Below, piece by piece: positions 20,066-31,766 of a DNA stretch of 64,000 nucleotides. The position numbers and the translations under genes were made by a program. The notes under the pieces were generated by a model. That model saw only the letters and a list, made by a program, of their open reading frames with translations. It made no database searches and was not told where the DNA came from. The stretch is from Alphaproteobacteria bacterium (GTDB lineage: Bacteria; Pseudomonadota; Alphaproteobacteria; MPNO01; UBA830): the NCBI GenBank assembly GCA_964291215.2, contig OZ219790.1, positions 480,001 through 544,000 on the forward strand. The letters are read 5' to 3'. The stretch's first letter is position 1, and the number at the start of each line of letters is the position of its first letter.

Positions 20066-21481
20066 ATGGAAGACCAGCCCAACACCGGCAGATCCCTGTC
20101 AGATACGGGCAGCGACACCCTCCCGTCAGGCCACATGGTTCCCCAATCGACTGGGCGTTACCGTGCACTCACGGCCCGACATCTTGACGAGATTCCGCAG
20201 CTCAAGACACTCACTGCCGACGAGCAGTTTGCCATGCGCGTCGTCAGCAGCGTGCTCCCCTTCCGTTCCAACCGCTACGTGATCGAGAACCTCATCGACT
20301 GGGACCGGGTACCCGACGATCCGCTATACCAGATCACCTTCCCTCAGCGGGAGATGCTCAGGGACGAGGATTTTACGCGGATGGCGGATCTCGTCGCGCG
20401 TGACGCCACACCCGGCGAGATCAACGAAGCCGCAAACGAGATTCGGGTCGGCCTCAACCCGCATCCCGCCGGCCAGCGGGAACTCAACATACCCGAATCG
20501 GACGAAGGCGTTCTCGAAGGCCTCCAGCACAAGTACCGCGAGACCGTGCTCTTCTTCCCGAGCCACGGGCAGACCTGCCATGCGTACTGCACGTTCTGTT
20601 TCCGCTGGGCCCAGTTCGTCGGCGACAAGGATCTCAAGATCGTCGCCAAGGAGGAGACCGGCCTGCACCAATACCTGGCCGCGCACCCGGACGTGTCGGA
20701 CCTGCTGGTCACCGGCGGCGACCCGATGATCATGAAGGTGAGTTCGATGGAGCGCTTTCTCCGGCCGTTCATCGACGATCCCTCGCTCGGCCACGTTCAG
20801 GATATCCGCATTGGAACGAAGTCGCTGACCTTCTGGCCGCATCGGTTCGTGAACGACGAGGACGCGGATGACATGCTGAGGCTCCTCGAAGACCTCGCCG
20901 AGGCCGGCAAGCATGTCGCCATCATGGCGCACTTCAATCACTGGCAGGAACTCGAGACGGAGGTTGCCCGCGAGGCTATCCGCCGTCTCCGCGATACCGG
21001 CGCCGTGATCCGCTGCCAGGCCCCCCTTCTCGCCCACATCAACGATTCCTCCGATGTCTGGAGCCGCATGTGGCGCGAACAGGTACGTCTCGGGATGATC
21101 CCGTACTACATGTTTGTCGAGCGGGACACCGGGGCGCGGCACTATTTCGAGGTACCGCTGGAGCGGGCGTGGGAGATTTTCGCCGGTGCGCTCAACCAGG
21201 TGTCCGGGCTTGGCCGCACCGTTCGCGGTCCGAGCATGAGCGCCACGCCGGGCAAGATAGAGGTCCTCGGCGTGCAGGAAGTTCACGGCGAAAAAGTGTT
21301 CGTGCTGCGCTTCCTGCAAGGACGGAATCCGGATTGGGTCGGGCGGCCTTTCTTCGCCAGGTTCGATCCGGCGGCCACTTGGTTCGACCACCTCGAGCCA
21401 GCATTCGGAGAATCGAAGTTCTTCTTCGAAGACGATTTCCGGAGCATGCTCAAGGGCACCGCGATGGCAGACGCAGGCTGA
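20066..21481 (+). CDS. KamA-family radical SAM aminomutase-like protein
   Basis: HKYRETVL, CHAYCTFCFR (CxxxCxxC), TGGDP, IRIGTK, HFNH and PYY motifs; AAGGAG RBS before ATG 20066. Confidence 0.88.
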   Translation: MEDQPNTGRSLSDTGSDTLPSGHMVPQSTGRYRALTARHLDEIPQLKTLTADEQFAMRVVSSVLPFRSNRYVIENLIDWDRVPDDPLYQITFPQREMLRDEDFTRMADLVARDATPGEINEAANEIRVGLNPHPAGQRELNIPESDEGVLEGLQHKYRETVLFFPSHGQTCHAYCTFCFRWAQFVGDKDLKIVAKEETGLHQYLAAHPDVSDLLVTGGDPMIMKVSSMERFLRPFIDDPSLGHVQDIRIGTKSLTFWPHRFVNDEDADDMLRLLEDLAEAGKHVAIMAHFNHWQELETEVAREAIRRLRDTGAVIRCQAPLLAHINDSSDVWSRMWREQVRLGMIPYYMFVERDTGARHYFEVPLERAWEIFAGALNQVSGLGRTVRGPSMSATPGKIEVLGVQEVHGEKVFVLRFLQGRNPDWVGRPFFARFDPAATWFDHLEPAFGESKFFFEDDFRSMLKGTAMADAG

Positions 21482-21652
21482 AACCCGGATCGGCGAAAGC
21501 CGCCTTGCCGGCAACGGACGAATTTTCGGCATGCCCTGTCGACCGACGGGATGCGACAAGGTGAATATCCGACCGCCGCCGGGGCACGGAGAACATTTCA
21601 GGCGAGAGATGCGCACAAGGCAGTGCAGAAAGCAATGCCGGATTGCGTGGAG

Positions 21653-22174
21653 ATGACCATTCCCACGATACATGGGACCGTCGCCGTGGTCGGCGACTAC
21701 GTCTCGGGCGATGTCATACTGCCTGGCCGCCATGCCTTTCTCGATACCGAAGGAATGGCGGCGCATGTGCTTGAGGAACTCAACGACACGGCCAACGCCT
21801 GCGTCCGCGCCGCCTCCGTCCTCGTCGCCGGAACCGCCTTCGGCTACGGGACCGGACGGGAATCGTCAGCGCGCGCGCTCCGCGCGGCCGGCATAAGGGC
21901 TGTCATCGGCGGCCCCTTCGCCCGAATGTTCTACCGCAACGCGATCAACAACGGCCTCCTGGTTCTGGACTGCCCCGCACTCGTCGAGCAGGGCGTTGAA
22001 GACGGCTCGGCGATCGAGATCGACCCTGCTTCGGGCCGGGTGCGCTGCGAGGGCCGCGAACACGCGATACCGGCAGTGCCTGACCTGATCGGCGCCATCG
22101 TTTCGGCAGGCAACCTCGTCGAATACGGGCGCCGCCTCCTGTCTTCCGAGGCCGGGGAGACTGCGCATGGCTGA
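21653..22174 (+). CDS. Aconitase-family small subunit (LeuD/HacB-like)
   Basis: VAGTAFGYGTGRESSA, FARMFYRNAINNG. Confidence 0.88.
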   Translation: MTIPTIHGTVAVVGDYVSGDVILPGRHAFLDTEGMAAHVLEELNDTANACVRAASVLVAGTAFGYGTGRESSARALRAAGIRAVIGGPFARMFYRNAINNGLLVLDCPALVEQGVEDGSAIEIDPASGRVRCEGREHAIPAVPDLIGAIVSAGNLVEYGRRLLSSEAGETAHG

Positions 22175-23468
22175 GAGCGGCCTGACGCTTGCCCAGAAGG
22201 TCCTGGGCCGTGCCGCAGGAATTACCGCGCCGCGCCCGGGCGAGATCATCGAGGTACGGCCCGACTTCTCCTATTCCCACGATTTTGCCGTCTATGTCAT
22301 CGACGCGTTCGAACGCATGGGTGCCCGCAGGGTCGTACAGCCGGACCGGGTCGCCATCTGCCTTGACCATGTCATTCCGGCAGACAACCGGCGCGACGCA
22401 AACAACCATGCCCGGATCCGCACCTTTGCCAGGGCCCAGGGGTTGCGTCATTTCTTCGACGCCGGTACCGGAATCGCCCATCAGGTGATGTTCGAGAAGG
22501 GGCTGGTCGCACCCGGCAGCCTCGTCATCGCCAGTGATTCCCACACGCCGTCAGGAGGAGCGCTCGGCGCGCTTGCGCTTGGTGTCGGAGAAACGGAACT
22601 GGGTTTCGCCTGGGCCACGGGCTTCCTCTGGATCAGGGTTCCGGCCACCATCCGCATCTCGCTCGAGGGCAGGTTTCAGCCGGGAGTTTATGCCAAGGAC
22701 ATGATGCTTCACCTGATCGCGAAGCTCGGCGTCCTCGGCGCGGTGTACGAGGTGCTGGAATATGGCGGGCCGTCGGCTGCGACACTATCGGCTTCCGAAC
22801 GCTTCACACTGTGCAACATGAGCGCCGAACTCGGTGCCAAGACAGGGGTGTTCCCGCACGACCGGATAACCTCTGACTTCCTCGACGGGCGCGTCCAGTT
22901 CGATAGTCAGCCGGTGCAACCGGATCCGGACGCCACCTATTCGCGCGAGCTGACCGTCGACCTCGACGCCCTTGAACCGATGCTCGCCCTCCCTGGGCGA
23001 GAAGATCGCGGCGTGCCAGTGACCGAGGCAGCCGGCCGGGCTGTACAGCAGATATTCATCGGGTCCTGCACCAATGCCCGCGCCGACGACCTCGCGATCG
23101 CCGCCCGGATCCTGCGCGGACAGCAGGTTCGTTCCGGCGTACGCCTGATTGTCGTCCCGGCTTCGCGCGCGGTTATGGCAGAGACCGCGCACAACGGTGA
23201 TCTCGCGACTCTTCTCGAGGCCGGGGCCACGTTCATGCCGAGCGGATGCGCGGTATGCGCCGGAACGCATCAGGGTGTGCTCGCGGACGGAGAACTCTGC
23301 CTCTCGACCAGCAACCGAAACGCCCCTGGCCGCATGGGCAACAGGCAAGCTGAAATCGCTCTTTGCAGCCCCGCGACGGCAGCTGCAAGCGCAATTACAG
23401 GCGTCGTCACCGACGCGCGCGAATTCGCTGGAGAGCAAACGCCGCTGGCGGCCGCAGACGAGGGCTAA
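22167..23468 (+). CDS. Aconitase-family large subunit (LeuC/HacA-like)
   Basis: DHVIP, GIAHQ, SDSHT, FIGSCTN, GCAVC and STSNRNAPGRMG motifs. Confidence 0.9.
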   Translation: MAESGLTLAQKVLGRAAGITAPRPGEIIEVRPDFSYSHDFAVYVIDAFERMGARRVVQPDRVAICLDHVIPADNRRDANNHARIRTFARAQGLRHFFDAGTGIAHQVMFEKGLVAPGSLVIASDSHTPSGGALGALALGVGETELGFAWATGFLWIRVPATIRISLEGRFQPGVYAKDMMLHLIAKLGVLGAVYEVLEYGGPSAATLSASERFTLCNMSAELGAKTGVFPHDRITSDFLDGRVQFDSQPVQPDPDATYSRELTVDLDALEPMLALPGREDRGVPVTEAAGRAVQQIFIGSCTNARADDLAIAARILRGQQVRSGVRLIVVPASRAVMAETAHNGDLATLLEAGATFMPSGCAVCAGTHQGVLADGELCLSTSNRNAPGRMGNRQAEIALCSPATAAASAITGVVTDAREFAGEQTPLAAADEG

Positions 23469-23484
23469 TCGTCGGACGCACAGC

Positions 23485-24084
23485 CTATCGATTTACGTTT
23501 TCCGCGTAGAAGGCTGACGGCAGGTTGTCCTTGGGCCAGTCGTCGCCGTTCTCGAACGGAGCGACGCCGACGGCATGGCGCGCCATGCCCGACTCGAGCA
23601 TCGCCATCGAGACGATCTCTGCGATTCCGATGTCGTCTATGCCGTGGTCGCGCAGTGCCTGGAAGTCGCCGTCCTCCGTACCCTCGTTGAACGCCACCTT
23701 GCGCGCGAAGCGAAGGACATCCTTCCACATCGGCTCCAGCGTCGAGGAATTCTCGAAATCTATGCACTCCATCACATCGTCGGCCGTCATCTGGAAATGC
23801 TCGATGAGATGGGTCTGGTGGTTGTTGATGCAGCGCGGACAATCAACCTCCGCCGCACAGACCAGAGAAATGGCATTGAGCAATGGCTTGGGCAGCGAGC
23901 CGGGAGTCATCTGCAGCCGCTTCGTGAGCGTCCACCATCCCTTAAGAAGGTCGATGTCGAGAGCAAAGAACCCCCAAGTCGGCGTCAAGAAATTGGCACC
24001 TTTCGTGGCTCGGATGTCATCGAAGATCTCCGCAACTTCGTCATCGGCAAGATCCGGCCGAATCAGCTTCACCTTGTCCATCAT
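23485..24084 (-). CDS. AhpD/carboxymuconolactone decarboxylase-family protein
   Basis: CPRCINNH (CxxC..H) motif and helical repeat layout. Confidence 0.75.
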   Translation of the reverse strand: MMDKVKLIRPDLADDEVAEIFDDIRATKGANFLTPTWGFFALDIDLLKGWWTLTKRLQMTPGSLPKPLLNAISLVCAAEVDCPRCINNHQTHLIEHFQMTADDVMECIDFENSSTLEPMWKDVLRFARKVAFNEGTEDGDFQALRDHGIDDIGIAEIVSMAMLESGMARHAVGVAPFENGDDWPKDNLPSAFYAENVNR

Positions 24085-24518
24085 CCGTCATGCCGTCTCC
24101 CCGGTCGACGAGTCGTCACGGTCACGGACCGTCTCGCCGGCCTTTCGACGCTGCATCTCCCTGCCAGCGGCGGTTTGCCTCGGGTCGGCGCCGGGCGCTG
24201 GCTGCCGACGCCTCAATCGCTTAGCTGCCTGGAGATCCGGGGTCAAGCTGGAGCCTGCTCGCCGGGCCCGTCAGAAGCCGGTACGACCTGACAAGTCCCC
24301 GTGCTTGCAATGGCCCGTTTCTTCGTTTCTGGAAAATGGAGGCAACAACCCGCAACAGAACCGAAATTCGCCTTCGTGACCGATTTCCAAGCGGTTGTCT
24401 GCTACTGCCTGTGGTGCTAGCCTTGTCTGCGGCAAACAGGCTGCCCCCACATGCATGCCAAGCCATCGGGCGCCTGCACCGAATCCGTTTTCGCAATACC
24501 TTCAGGAAGCAGACCAAC

Positions 24519-25538
24519 ATGAATAGCATTACACGCCGTCATGCCCTCGGCACCATCAGCGCCGCAACAGCGATATCCGCTGCCGGCCTGCCCGCACATG
24601 CGGCCACCAAGACCAAGGTGGGAGCATTGCGCTTCACCAGCCATGCGGCGAGTTTCGTGGCCTATGAGCGTGGATACTTCAAGGAGGCGGGACTCGATGT
24701 CGAGTTCCGGTTCTTCCAGGCTGCCCAGCCCATGGCGGTAGCGATCGCTTCGGGAGATGTCGACTATGGCGTCACCGCGATCTCGGGCGGGCTCATCAGC
24801 CTTGCCGAGAAGGGGGCCGCGAAGGTGATCGGCGGCGCGCTTAGCGAGGAAAAGGGCATAGACGGCCAGATGATTCTTGCTTCCAACGCTGCCCATGCTG
24901 CAGGGCTGACGTCGCCGGCCCAGCTCAAGGGCAAGCTCTACGGTATGACCACAGCGGGTTCGTCGTTCCACTACATGGCTTCGAAGATTGCCAGCGCCGA
25001 GGGCTTCCCCGGCGGGATCAGGATGAAACCGCTCCAGAAGGTGGGGGCGATCATTGGCGCGCTAAAATCGGGCCAGATCGATGCCTGGTCGATCGTACCG
25101 CATATCGCCAAGGCGCTTGCCGGCGGCGGCGCCGTGAAGCCGATCGGCGTGATTGCGGATTACATTCCGGACTACCAGGTAACCACCGTGTTCACCTCGG
25201 CCAATACCGCTGCCAAGGAGAGGGCCAAGACCAAGGCATTCCTTGCCGCGTTCTCCAAGGGCGCCGATGACTTCAATGCGGCACTGGTCGACAAGACTGC
25301 GGGCGCAGACGCCGCCGAGGCCATGGTCAAGCTCATCCACAAATACGTCTACGCCGACCGTCCTTATGCCAAGGCCGCACCGTCGATCCGCAACGGCGCC
25401 ATGCGCATCAATAAAGGCGCCGCGTTGAGGACGGGTTCGGTCTCCGACCAGCTCGAATGGTTCAAGTCCGAAAAACTGGTCAAGGCCGGGATCACGATGG
25501 ACACGCTCGTCGATCCGTCTTACGTCAAGTCGATCTGA
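24519..25538 (+). CDS. ABC transporter substrate-binding protein (SsuA/NMT1-like)
   Basis: Twin-arginine-like signal TRRHAL; AYERGYFKEAGLDVE; followed by ATPase and permease. Confidence 0.88.
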   Translation: MNSITRRHALGTISAATAISAAGLPAHAATKTKVGALRFTSHAASFVAYERGYFKEAGLDVEFRFFQAAQPMAVAIASGDVDYGVTAISGGLISLAEKGAAKVIGGALSEEKGIDGQMILASNAAHAAGLTSPAQLKGKLYGMTTAGSSFHYMASKIASAEGFPGGIRMKPLQKVGAIIGALKSGQIDAWSIVPHIAKALAGGGAVKPIGVIADYIPDYQVTTVFTSANTAAKERAKTKAFLAAFSKGADDFNAALVDKTAGADAAEAMVKLIHKYVYADRPYAKAAPSIRNGAMRINKGAALRTGSVSDQLEWFKSEKLVKAGITMDTLVDPSYVKSI

Positions 25539-25545
25539 ACAGGCA

Positions 25546-25583
25546 TTCCGGCCGGGGTGGCAGCACCCCCACCCTGGCCGGAA
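25546..25583. other. Intercistronic stem-loop after the substrate-binding gene
   Basis: TTCCGGCCGGGGTGG...CCACCCTGGCCGGAA inverted repeat. Confidence 0.65.
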
Positions 25584-25588
25584 ACTCC

Positions 25589-26356
25589 ATGGACCTCGTT
25601 CTCGACCGGATCAGCCACAGCTATGGCGACACCGAGGTTCTACGCGGCATCTCCCTGACGATCAGAGCCGGCCAGATCGTTTGCATCATAGGGCCGTCCG
25701 GCTGCGGCAAATCGACATTGCTGCGAATCATAGGTGGGCTTGAGCAGCCGGGTAGCGGCAAGGTCCTGCAGGAAGGCGCGCCGCCGGCCGATAGCCTCAA
25801 TCCGCTGACCTACGTATTCCAGGACTTCGCGCTCCTGCCGTGGCGCACCGCCGGCGGCAATGTCAGCCTGGCGCTGGAAGACCATGGCCTTGCGCGCGAA
25901 CGCAGAGAAGCCGTCATCTCGGATGTGCTGCAACGCACCCGCCTCAGCGAGTTTCGCGACGCGCTACCACGGCAACTTTCCGGGGGCATGAAACAACGCG
26001 TGGCAATCGCCCGAGCCCTGGCGGTCAACCCGGCAGTGATGCTCCTCGACGAACCGCTCTCGGCGCTCGACGCCCAGACCCGTGAACTGCTCCTGGACGA
26101 CCTGATTGGCCTGTGGTCGCGCCAGCCGTTCACCGCAGTCTACATCACCCACAATCTCGGCGAGGCCGTGCGTCTTGGCCACCGCATCGTCGTTCTCTCG
26201 CGCCGTCCCGGAGTAATCCGGGAGGTGATCGAAATCGATCGCCCGATAGACGGGCGCGGCATTGCGGACGCCGAGCTCGAAGACCTTCAGAAACACCTCT
26301 GGACGCTGATTCGCGACGAGGCCGCTGCCGCTGACAAGCAACTCGTCCATGGCTGA
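25589..26356 (+). CDS. ABC transporter ATP-binding protein (TauB/SsuB-like)
   Basis: GPSGCGKS, LSGGMKQR, LLDEP. Confidence 0.95.
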   Translation: MDLVLDRISHSYGDTEVLRGISLTIRAGQIVCIIGPSGCGKSTLLRIIGGLEQPGSGKVLQEGAPPADSLNPLTYVFQDFALLPWRTAGGNVSLALEDHGLARERREAVISDVLQRTRLSEFRDALPRQLSGGMKQRVAIARALAVNPAVMLLDEPLSALDAQTRELLLDDLIGLWSRQPFTAVYITHNLGEAVRLGHRIVVLSRRPGVIREVIEIDRPIDGRGIADAELEDLQKHLWTLIRDEAAAADKQLVHG

Positions 26357-27173
26357 AATCAGATCAGTGGCCGAGCGTTCCGACACGACGCGGTCGACGG
26401 TACAGTTCCGCGGCGGCGGATTCGCGCCACAGCGGCTCGGCTGGATAGGCCCGATCGTGTTCGTTTCCCTGATCGCGCTCGTCGAAGCCGGAACGTGGAC
26501 CGGCATCATTTCCAAGCTGACCCTGCCACGACCGTCCGCGGTGTTCGAAACGTTCGGCGACCTTTGGAACACGGGACTGCTCTGGAAACACCTGGTCCCA
26601 TCGGTCACGCGCCTCGTCGTCGGCGGCGTGGCCGGCGCCTCCGCCGGCATCGCTATCGGAATTCTCATCGGCCTGTTCACGTTTATCCGTGCAGGCCTTG
26701 TGCCGCTGGTCGCTGCCATCTTCCCGATACCGAAGATTGCGCTCCTGCCACTGTTCGTGATCTGGTTCGGGATCGACGAAGGATCGAAATACGCTCTGAT
26801 CGCGTTCGGGACCTTCACACCGACCGTGGTTGCAACCTACGGCGCCGTCGACAATGTCGACCGCGGGTTGATCCGCATGGGTCAGAGCTTCGGCCTGACG
26901 TGGCTTTCAATCGTGCGCAAGATCGTGCTGCCGGGCGCCCTTCCCGGCATTCTGTCCGGTCTTCGCGTCTCGCTGGCAATCGCGATCATCCTGCTCGTCG
27001 CCGCCGAGATGCTGGGCGCCGAATACGGGGTCGGCGCCTACATCCTCGAAGCCGGTGCACTCTTCGATCTCGAACGGCTCTTCGCCGGAGTGACGATCCT
27101 CTCGATTCTCGGCGTAACGGTGAGTTACATGGTCGGACGGCTTGAGAAGAGACTCCTGAACTGGAGGAGTTGA
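26349..27173 (+). CDS. ABC transporter permease (TauC/SsuC-like)
   Basis: PIPKIALLPLFVIWFG, IVLPGALPGILSGLR; hydrophobic. Confidence 0.93.
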   Translation: MAEIRSVAERSDTTRSTVQFRGGGFAPQRLGWIGPIVFVSLIALVEAGTWTGIISKLTLPRPSAVFETFGDLWNTGLLWKHLVPSVTRLVVGGVAGASAGIAIGILIGLFTFIRAGLVPLVAAIFPIPKIALLPLFVIWFGIDEGSKYALIAFGTFTPTVVATYGAVDNVDRGLIRMGQSFGLTWLSIVRKIVLPGALPGILSGLRVSLAIAIILLVAAEMLGAEYGVGAYILEAGALFDLERLFAGVTILSILGVTVSYMVGRLEKRLLNWRS

Positions 27174-27210
27174 CCACAGCCTGTTCCGGAGCAATTCGCG
27201 CCCGCTCAAC

Positions 27211-28972
27211 CCGAAGTTCCAAAAAATTCCGGCTGAAATGCACGTCAAGTCATTGATGCAGCGTGGTTTATCGGATTTTTCGTGCGTCAGACTGTGCCCA
27301 TGTAATATTGTGTTGGATGCTCGACATCCATGGATCTGTCGCCTATATGCAGTAGTCATCTATATCGAATCCATCCCCAACCGCTCGTCCCCGCCCGCCA
27401 TCCTGCTCCGCGAGTCCTGTCGCGAAGCCGGAACGGTCAAGAAGCGCACCCTCGCCAACCTTTCCAGGTGGTCGCCCGCTCTCATCGAGGGATTGCGCAT
27501 TCTGCTCAAGAAAGGAACCGCAGGTCTCGACGACGCCTTTGACCTCGTCCGCTCTCTTCCCCATGGTCATGTGGCCGCGGTGCTGGGAACCCTGAAGAAA
27601 CTGGACCGGCGGATCGATCCGAAGCCCTCGCGCGATCAGGTGCTGGCCATGATCGTGGCACGCATCCTTGAGCCCGCCTCGAAGCTGGCCAGGAGGCTGG
27701 CGACAGCGGTCAGCACCTTGGGTGAGCTCCTTGATGCGGAGTTGGACGAGAATGTCCTCTACGGCGCCGGCTCCTGGAACGTCAGGAGAAGATCGAGCGG
27801 TCCCTGGCGAAGCGGCACCTCGAAGAGGGCTGCTTGGTGCTCCTGACTTCCGTGTGGATGGAGGGGAGAGCGTGTCCCCTGGCCAAACGGGGTCATCCCC
27901 GGGATGGCAAGAAGGGCAAGCTGCAGTCGGCCTTCTGTGTGATCGGGACGGGTGTCGGTGGAAGTGTTCCCCGGCAACACGGCGGACCCGGCGACGCTGT
28001 CCTCGCAGGTCGCCACGCTGCAGGAACTGTTCTCCCTTGCGAAGGTGGTGGGGCATCGGGGGACCGAGGCCCGCGAGGAGGTGAAGCCTGCGGGCCTGGA
28101 TCAGCGCCTTGATGAGGACCGGCCATCCGTTCACTGGTGGAGGCCGGCGACATCGAGATGTCGCTCTTCGACGAGAGAGACCTTGTGGAGATCACCAGCG
28201 ATGCGTATCCCGGCGAGCGCCTCTGCCGCAACCCCCTGCTGGCCGAGGACCGGGCCCGCGGGACCTGCTCGAGGCCACCGAGGCTCGCACCGATTGCCGC
28301 AGCGACACGGCGCGACAAGCGCCGGAAAGATCGGGGAGCGGGTCGGCAAGGTCGGTACAAGATGGCGAAGCACTTCACGTGGTCCATCGACGATGACGGT
28401 GTCTTCACCTATGGGCGCGATGAGGCTGCGCTCGCCGCCGAGGCTCCTCCACGTGATCCGCCTGCCGCAGAGCGAGCTCGACGGTCCCGGCACGGTGCGC
28501 GCCTGAAAGCGGCTGAGTTCCGTGGAACGAGCCTTCCGCAGCCTCAAGGACCTGAAGGTGCGTCCCGTCTACCCGAGCCCCGGGCCCACGTCTTCCTGTG
28601 CATGCTCGCCTACTACATGGCACATGCGACTGAAGCCCCTGCTGTTCGACGACGAGGATGCCGAAGGCGGCCGTCCGTCGTGGCGCCGGCAGAGGTCTCG
28701 GCGAGCGCCCGGGCCACGGCGGCAACCGGAAGGACGCCCGGGGGTGGCACAGCTTCCGTACCTTCATCGATGATCTCGCGACCATCACCCGCAACACCGT
28801 GGCGCCCCGCCTTGCGGGCGCCGAACCCTTCCAGGTCACCACGCGGCCCACGCCGCTCCAGAGAAGGGCATTCAAGCTCCTGGGCGTGAAGCCATAGTGT
28901 ACCCAGACCGCTGAAATGTATCGAATGTCATTTCTATCAGATACTTAGGTCTGATCGGCTCTGGAACTTCGG
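27211..28972 (+). mobile_element. IS1634-family element, degraded
   Basis: IRs CCGAAGTTCC / GGAACTTCGG; fragments YIESIPNRSSPPAILLRES, EVFPGNTADP, VERAFRSLK, AHVFLCMLAYY, PTPLQRRAFKLLG; 6-bp duplication CTCAAC at 27205 and 42519. Confidence 0.88.
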
Positions 28973-31766
28973 ACGTAAGCGTTCGTTCATGCGGTGATGA
29001 CGATCTGCGCTGAGGTTTGTTTTGGTAATTCGGAGAAGGAGTCTGGTAAATTTTTTTTGGCGGTGCCATCAGATGGTCATGTGCATCAAGGATTCGTGTC
29101 ATCATCGGGTGCGGACGCCGCTGGCGACATGCCGCAGTCGTCGTGTCGTGATTCGGCCATCTGGAAGTCCCTGTACGATCGCGAGCGTATTCGAGTCGAG
29201 GCGGCGGAAGCCCGCACGGCGGCTGCGGAGGGTCGCTGTGAGAGGAGCTGCGCTTGCAGGAGGTGGAGGAGCGCAGCCGCGCGAATTCCCTGAAGGCGAT
29301 TTTCGAGAGCAATCGCAAGAAGCTGTCAGCTGCCCGTGCGGAGGTCAGGGAAGTTCGGCGGACGGCGAAGCAGTCTCTTGCGCTGAAGCATGAGGTTGCA
29401 CGTCCGGGCCAGCTTCTTGCCGAGGCCGGCGCGCGGAAGCGGTCGAAGGTGGTATCGCTGCGCATGAAGAATGCCAGCCTGAAGACCGCGATGAAGGTTC
29501 TGAAGGGTCGGGGCGGAGAACGACAAGCTTCGTTCGAACAGGTCGTCGATGTACGGGCGCAAGAGCGAGAAGAGGCAGCGGGCGCCATCGAAGCGCGGCC
29601 GACGCTCGAGGAGGTGGCGGAGGACGCCTGCTCGTGCTGCGTTGCCAACGGTTCGCACCAGGATCATCGAGATCAAAAGCGGCGGATTGTCCGCCGGGGC
29701 TGTGACTGCCCCGGTTCACCGAGCGAGGCGGCTGTTTCCCAGCACCGCATTCGGGTGTGGACGCATGTGCTGCACGAGCGCGTGCATGCGGCCCTTGCGC
29801 CGCGTCCAGGGGCTTTCGCCGGGAACGCTGGCCAGCGAGCCGGATGCTGCCCCTGTTCGAGCCGCTTCGGGACGCGATCCTCGCGCACCGGGGTTTGCGC
29901 CATGCCGATGCATCCAGGCCTCGAGGGAGGTCCGGAAATCGCGCCTGGCTCCGGACATCGGTCAGCCGTGACGCAGCCCTCTCCCTCGCGCAGCGCCGAG
30001 GTCGCGGCGAAGCTGTTCGCGGACGCCCCCATGTATCCGGTCTGCGGCCGCTACAACCCCTGCAAGAAGCTGGCGCGCCTGTGGTCCTTCATCATCCTGT
30101 GCTGTTGCCGGGCGCATTGTCGGCGCGACTTTCCGGACTGCGCCGGCCGCAGCTGGAGGGGTGGGCGGACGAACGGGTCGATCGCGGAGGTCTGCCGCCT
30201 GAACACGGCTCGACTGCCTTGCTTCCGGCGGCGTTCGAGGCGGCGCGGGCGGTGCCGGAGACCCCGGTCGCTGTTTGCGGAAGCGCCGAGGCTTCCGAAA
30301 GCGGCGCCGGAAGGCAGGCCGCTGCGCTCAACCATCGCGTGTTCGTCGACCATGGACAACAATTTCGGGGAAAGGGCTGTCAGGGGGCCCGGCCAACGGG
30401 CGGAAGCCCGGCTTCGGTTCCGACAGCATGGACGGCTGTCATGTACACGGCACGGTCGCGAAGAGCGGCCTCGACGTTCTGCGCTGGCGCCTGCGCGGAG
30501 AACGGCGGCCCGGCGATCTGTCGCCCTGGTTGCCGTGAGCCCGGAGAGGCGGCGGAGATTCGCGGCGCCGCCGTGAGGTCGAGGGCGCGACTTCATGGCC
30601 GCGCAGTGCTACGACGACCACGGAGCGGACCCCATCGCCCGCGCCTTCTGCCGCCGCCGGCCCCGAAGCTGATCACACCGCCGCCCCGAAGACCCTCGAC
30701 GAGCTCCGCCCGCTGATACTACCTCGGATACACGCGCCTGGTCGGCGCGCAGATACGCTAGGCGGTCCATGCGGTGAGCCGCTGCTTCTCGACCGCCGCA
30801 TGGACCGCGCGCTGCAACACCCCGCCCGTGCCCTGCGAGACCCTGGTCGAGGTCCCGCGCCGCGGCGTCTGTCGGATCCGCGTCGGAACAACCAGCGGCC
30901 GCTACGACCGACATGACAGAAGCCGAAGAAGGACATCTGGCCCGCTCCGCAAGGACTGGAAGCGGACCCTCAGATCCCTGCAACCGGCACAGGATCGCGC
31001 TCAGCTCCTCCTCCGCAGCGCCGGGACAAAACCGCAACCAATGCGGAAAACACGGCATGGCGCCAGTGCCCCTCACCGCGCATCCCGGTACACGAAACCG
31101 CTCCGGATGACGCTAGTAGTCTGGCATTGTTGTATTGACGGATATAGTGACTTCAGTTTCGTCCGGGCATCCTTCGTCGTGAAACGCCAGTCGACAGTGA
31201 CATCGGCCGCATTGCGCCGTTCCACCCACACCACGGTCTCCCGCAGCATGGTGTCGCGGTCGGGAATGCGTCGCCGAAGGCACTGCCGCGACAGCGCACC
31301 GATCTCGGCCATGTTGAGCCAGCTTCCGTGCTTGGGCGTGTAGCGAAACTCGAACCGCTTTCGCACCCGCCTCCTCGGGCTCGAAGGCTTCATACAGCGA
31401 TGAGGGATTGTGCGTGTTCAGATTATCCAGCACGATCTTCCTGTCGGGGAAATGGTCGTCGGCAAACTCCCGGATGAAGTGTGCCCAGTCCCGCGGCGGT
31501 CGGTGACTTTCACCGTGCGCCAGTTCTCGTTGGGCGCAAAGGCCAGGAAGAGGTTGGCCTTACCGTTGCGCTCATATTCATAGTCGACCACCTCCGGCTG
31601 ACCGGGGGATGCGGGTTTCCTTCGTCTGCTGCCGGCTGGTCTCCAGCACCTCGTCCCTGGCAAAATCCCGCTGATAAATGTCAAGCACACCGCCGCCACG
31701 AACTGTGCGCTCCGGTGCGGTGGAATGCACCAGTACTGCTTCAGCCACGGCTCGATTTCTTTTTTT

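Noticed and set aside
29254-30576. Long ORFs inside IS66-A copies (also 40933-41988) as novel proteins
   Set aside because: They are mosaics of alternating transposase frames created by deletions.
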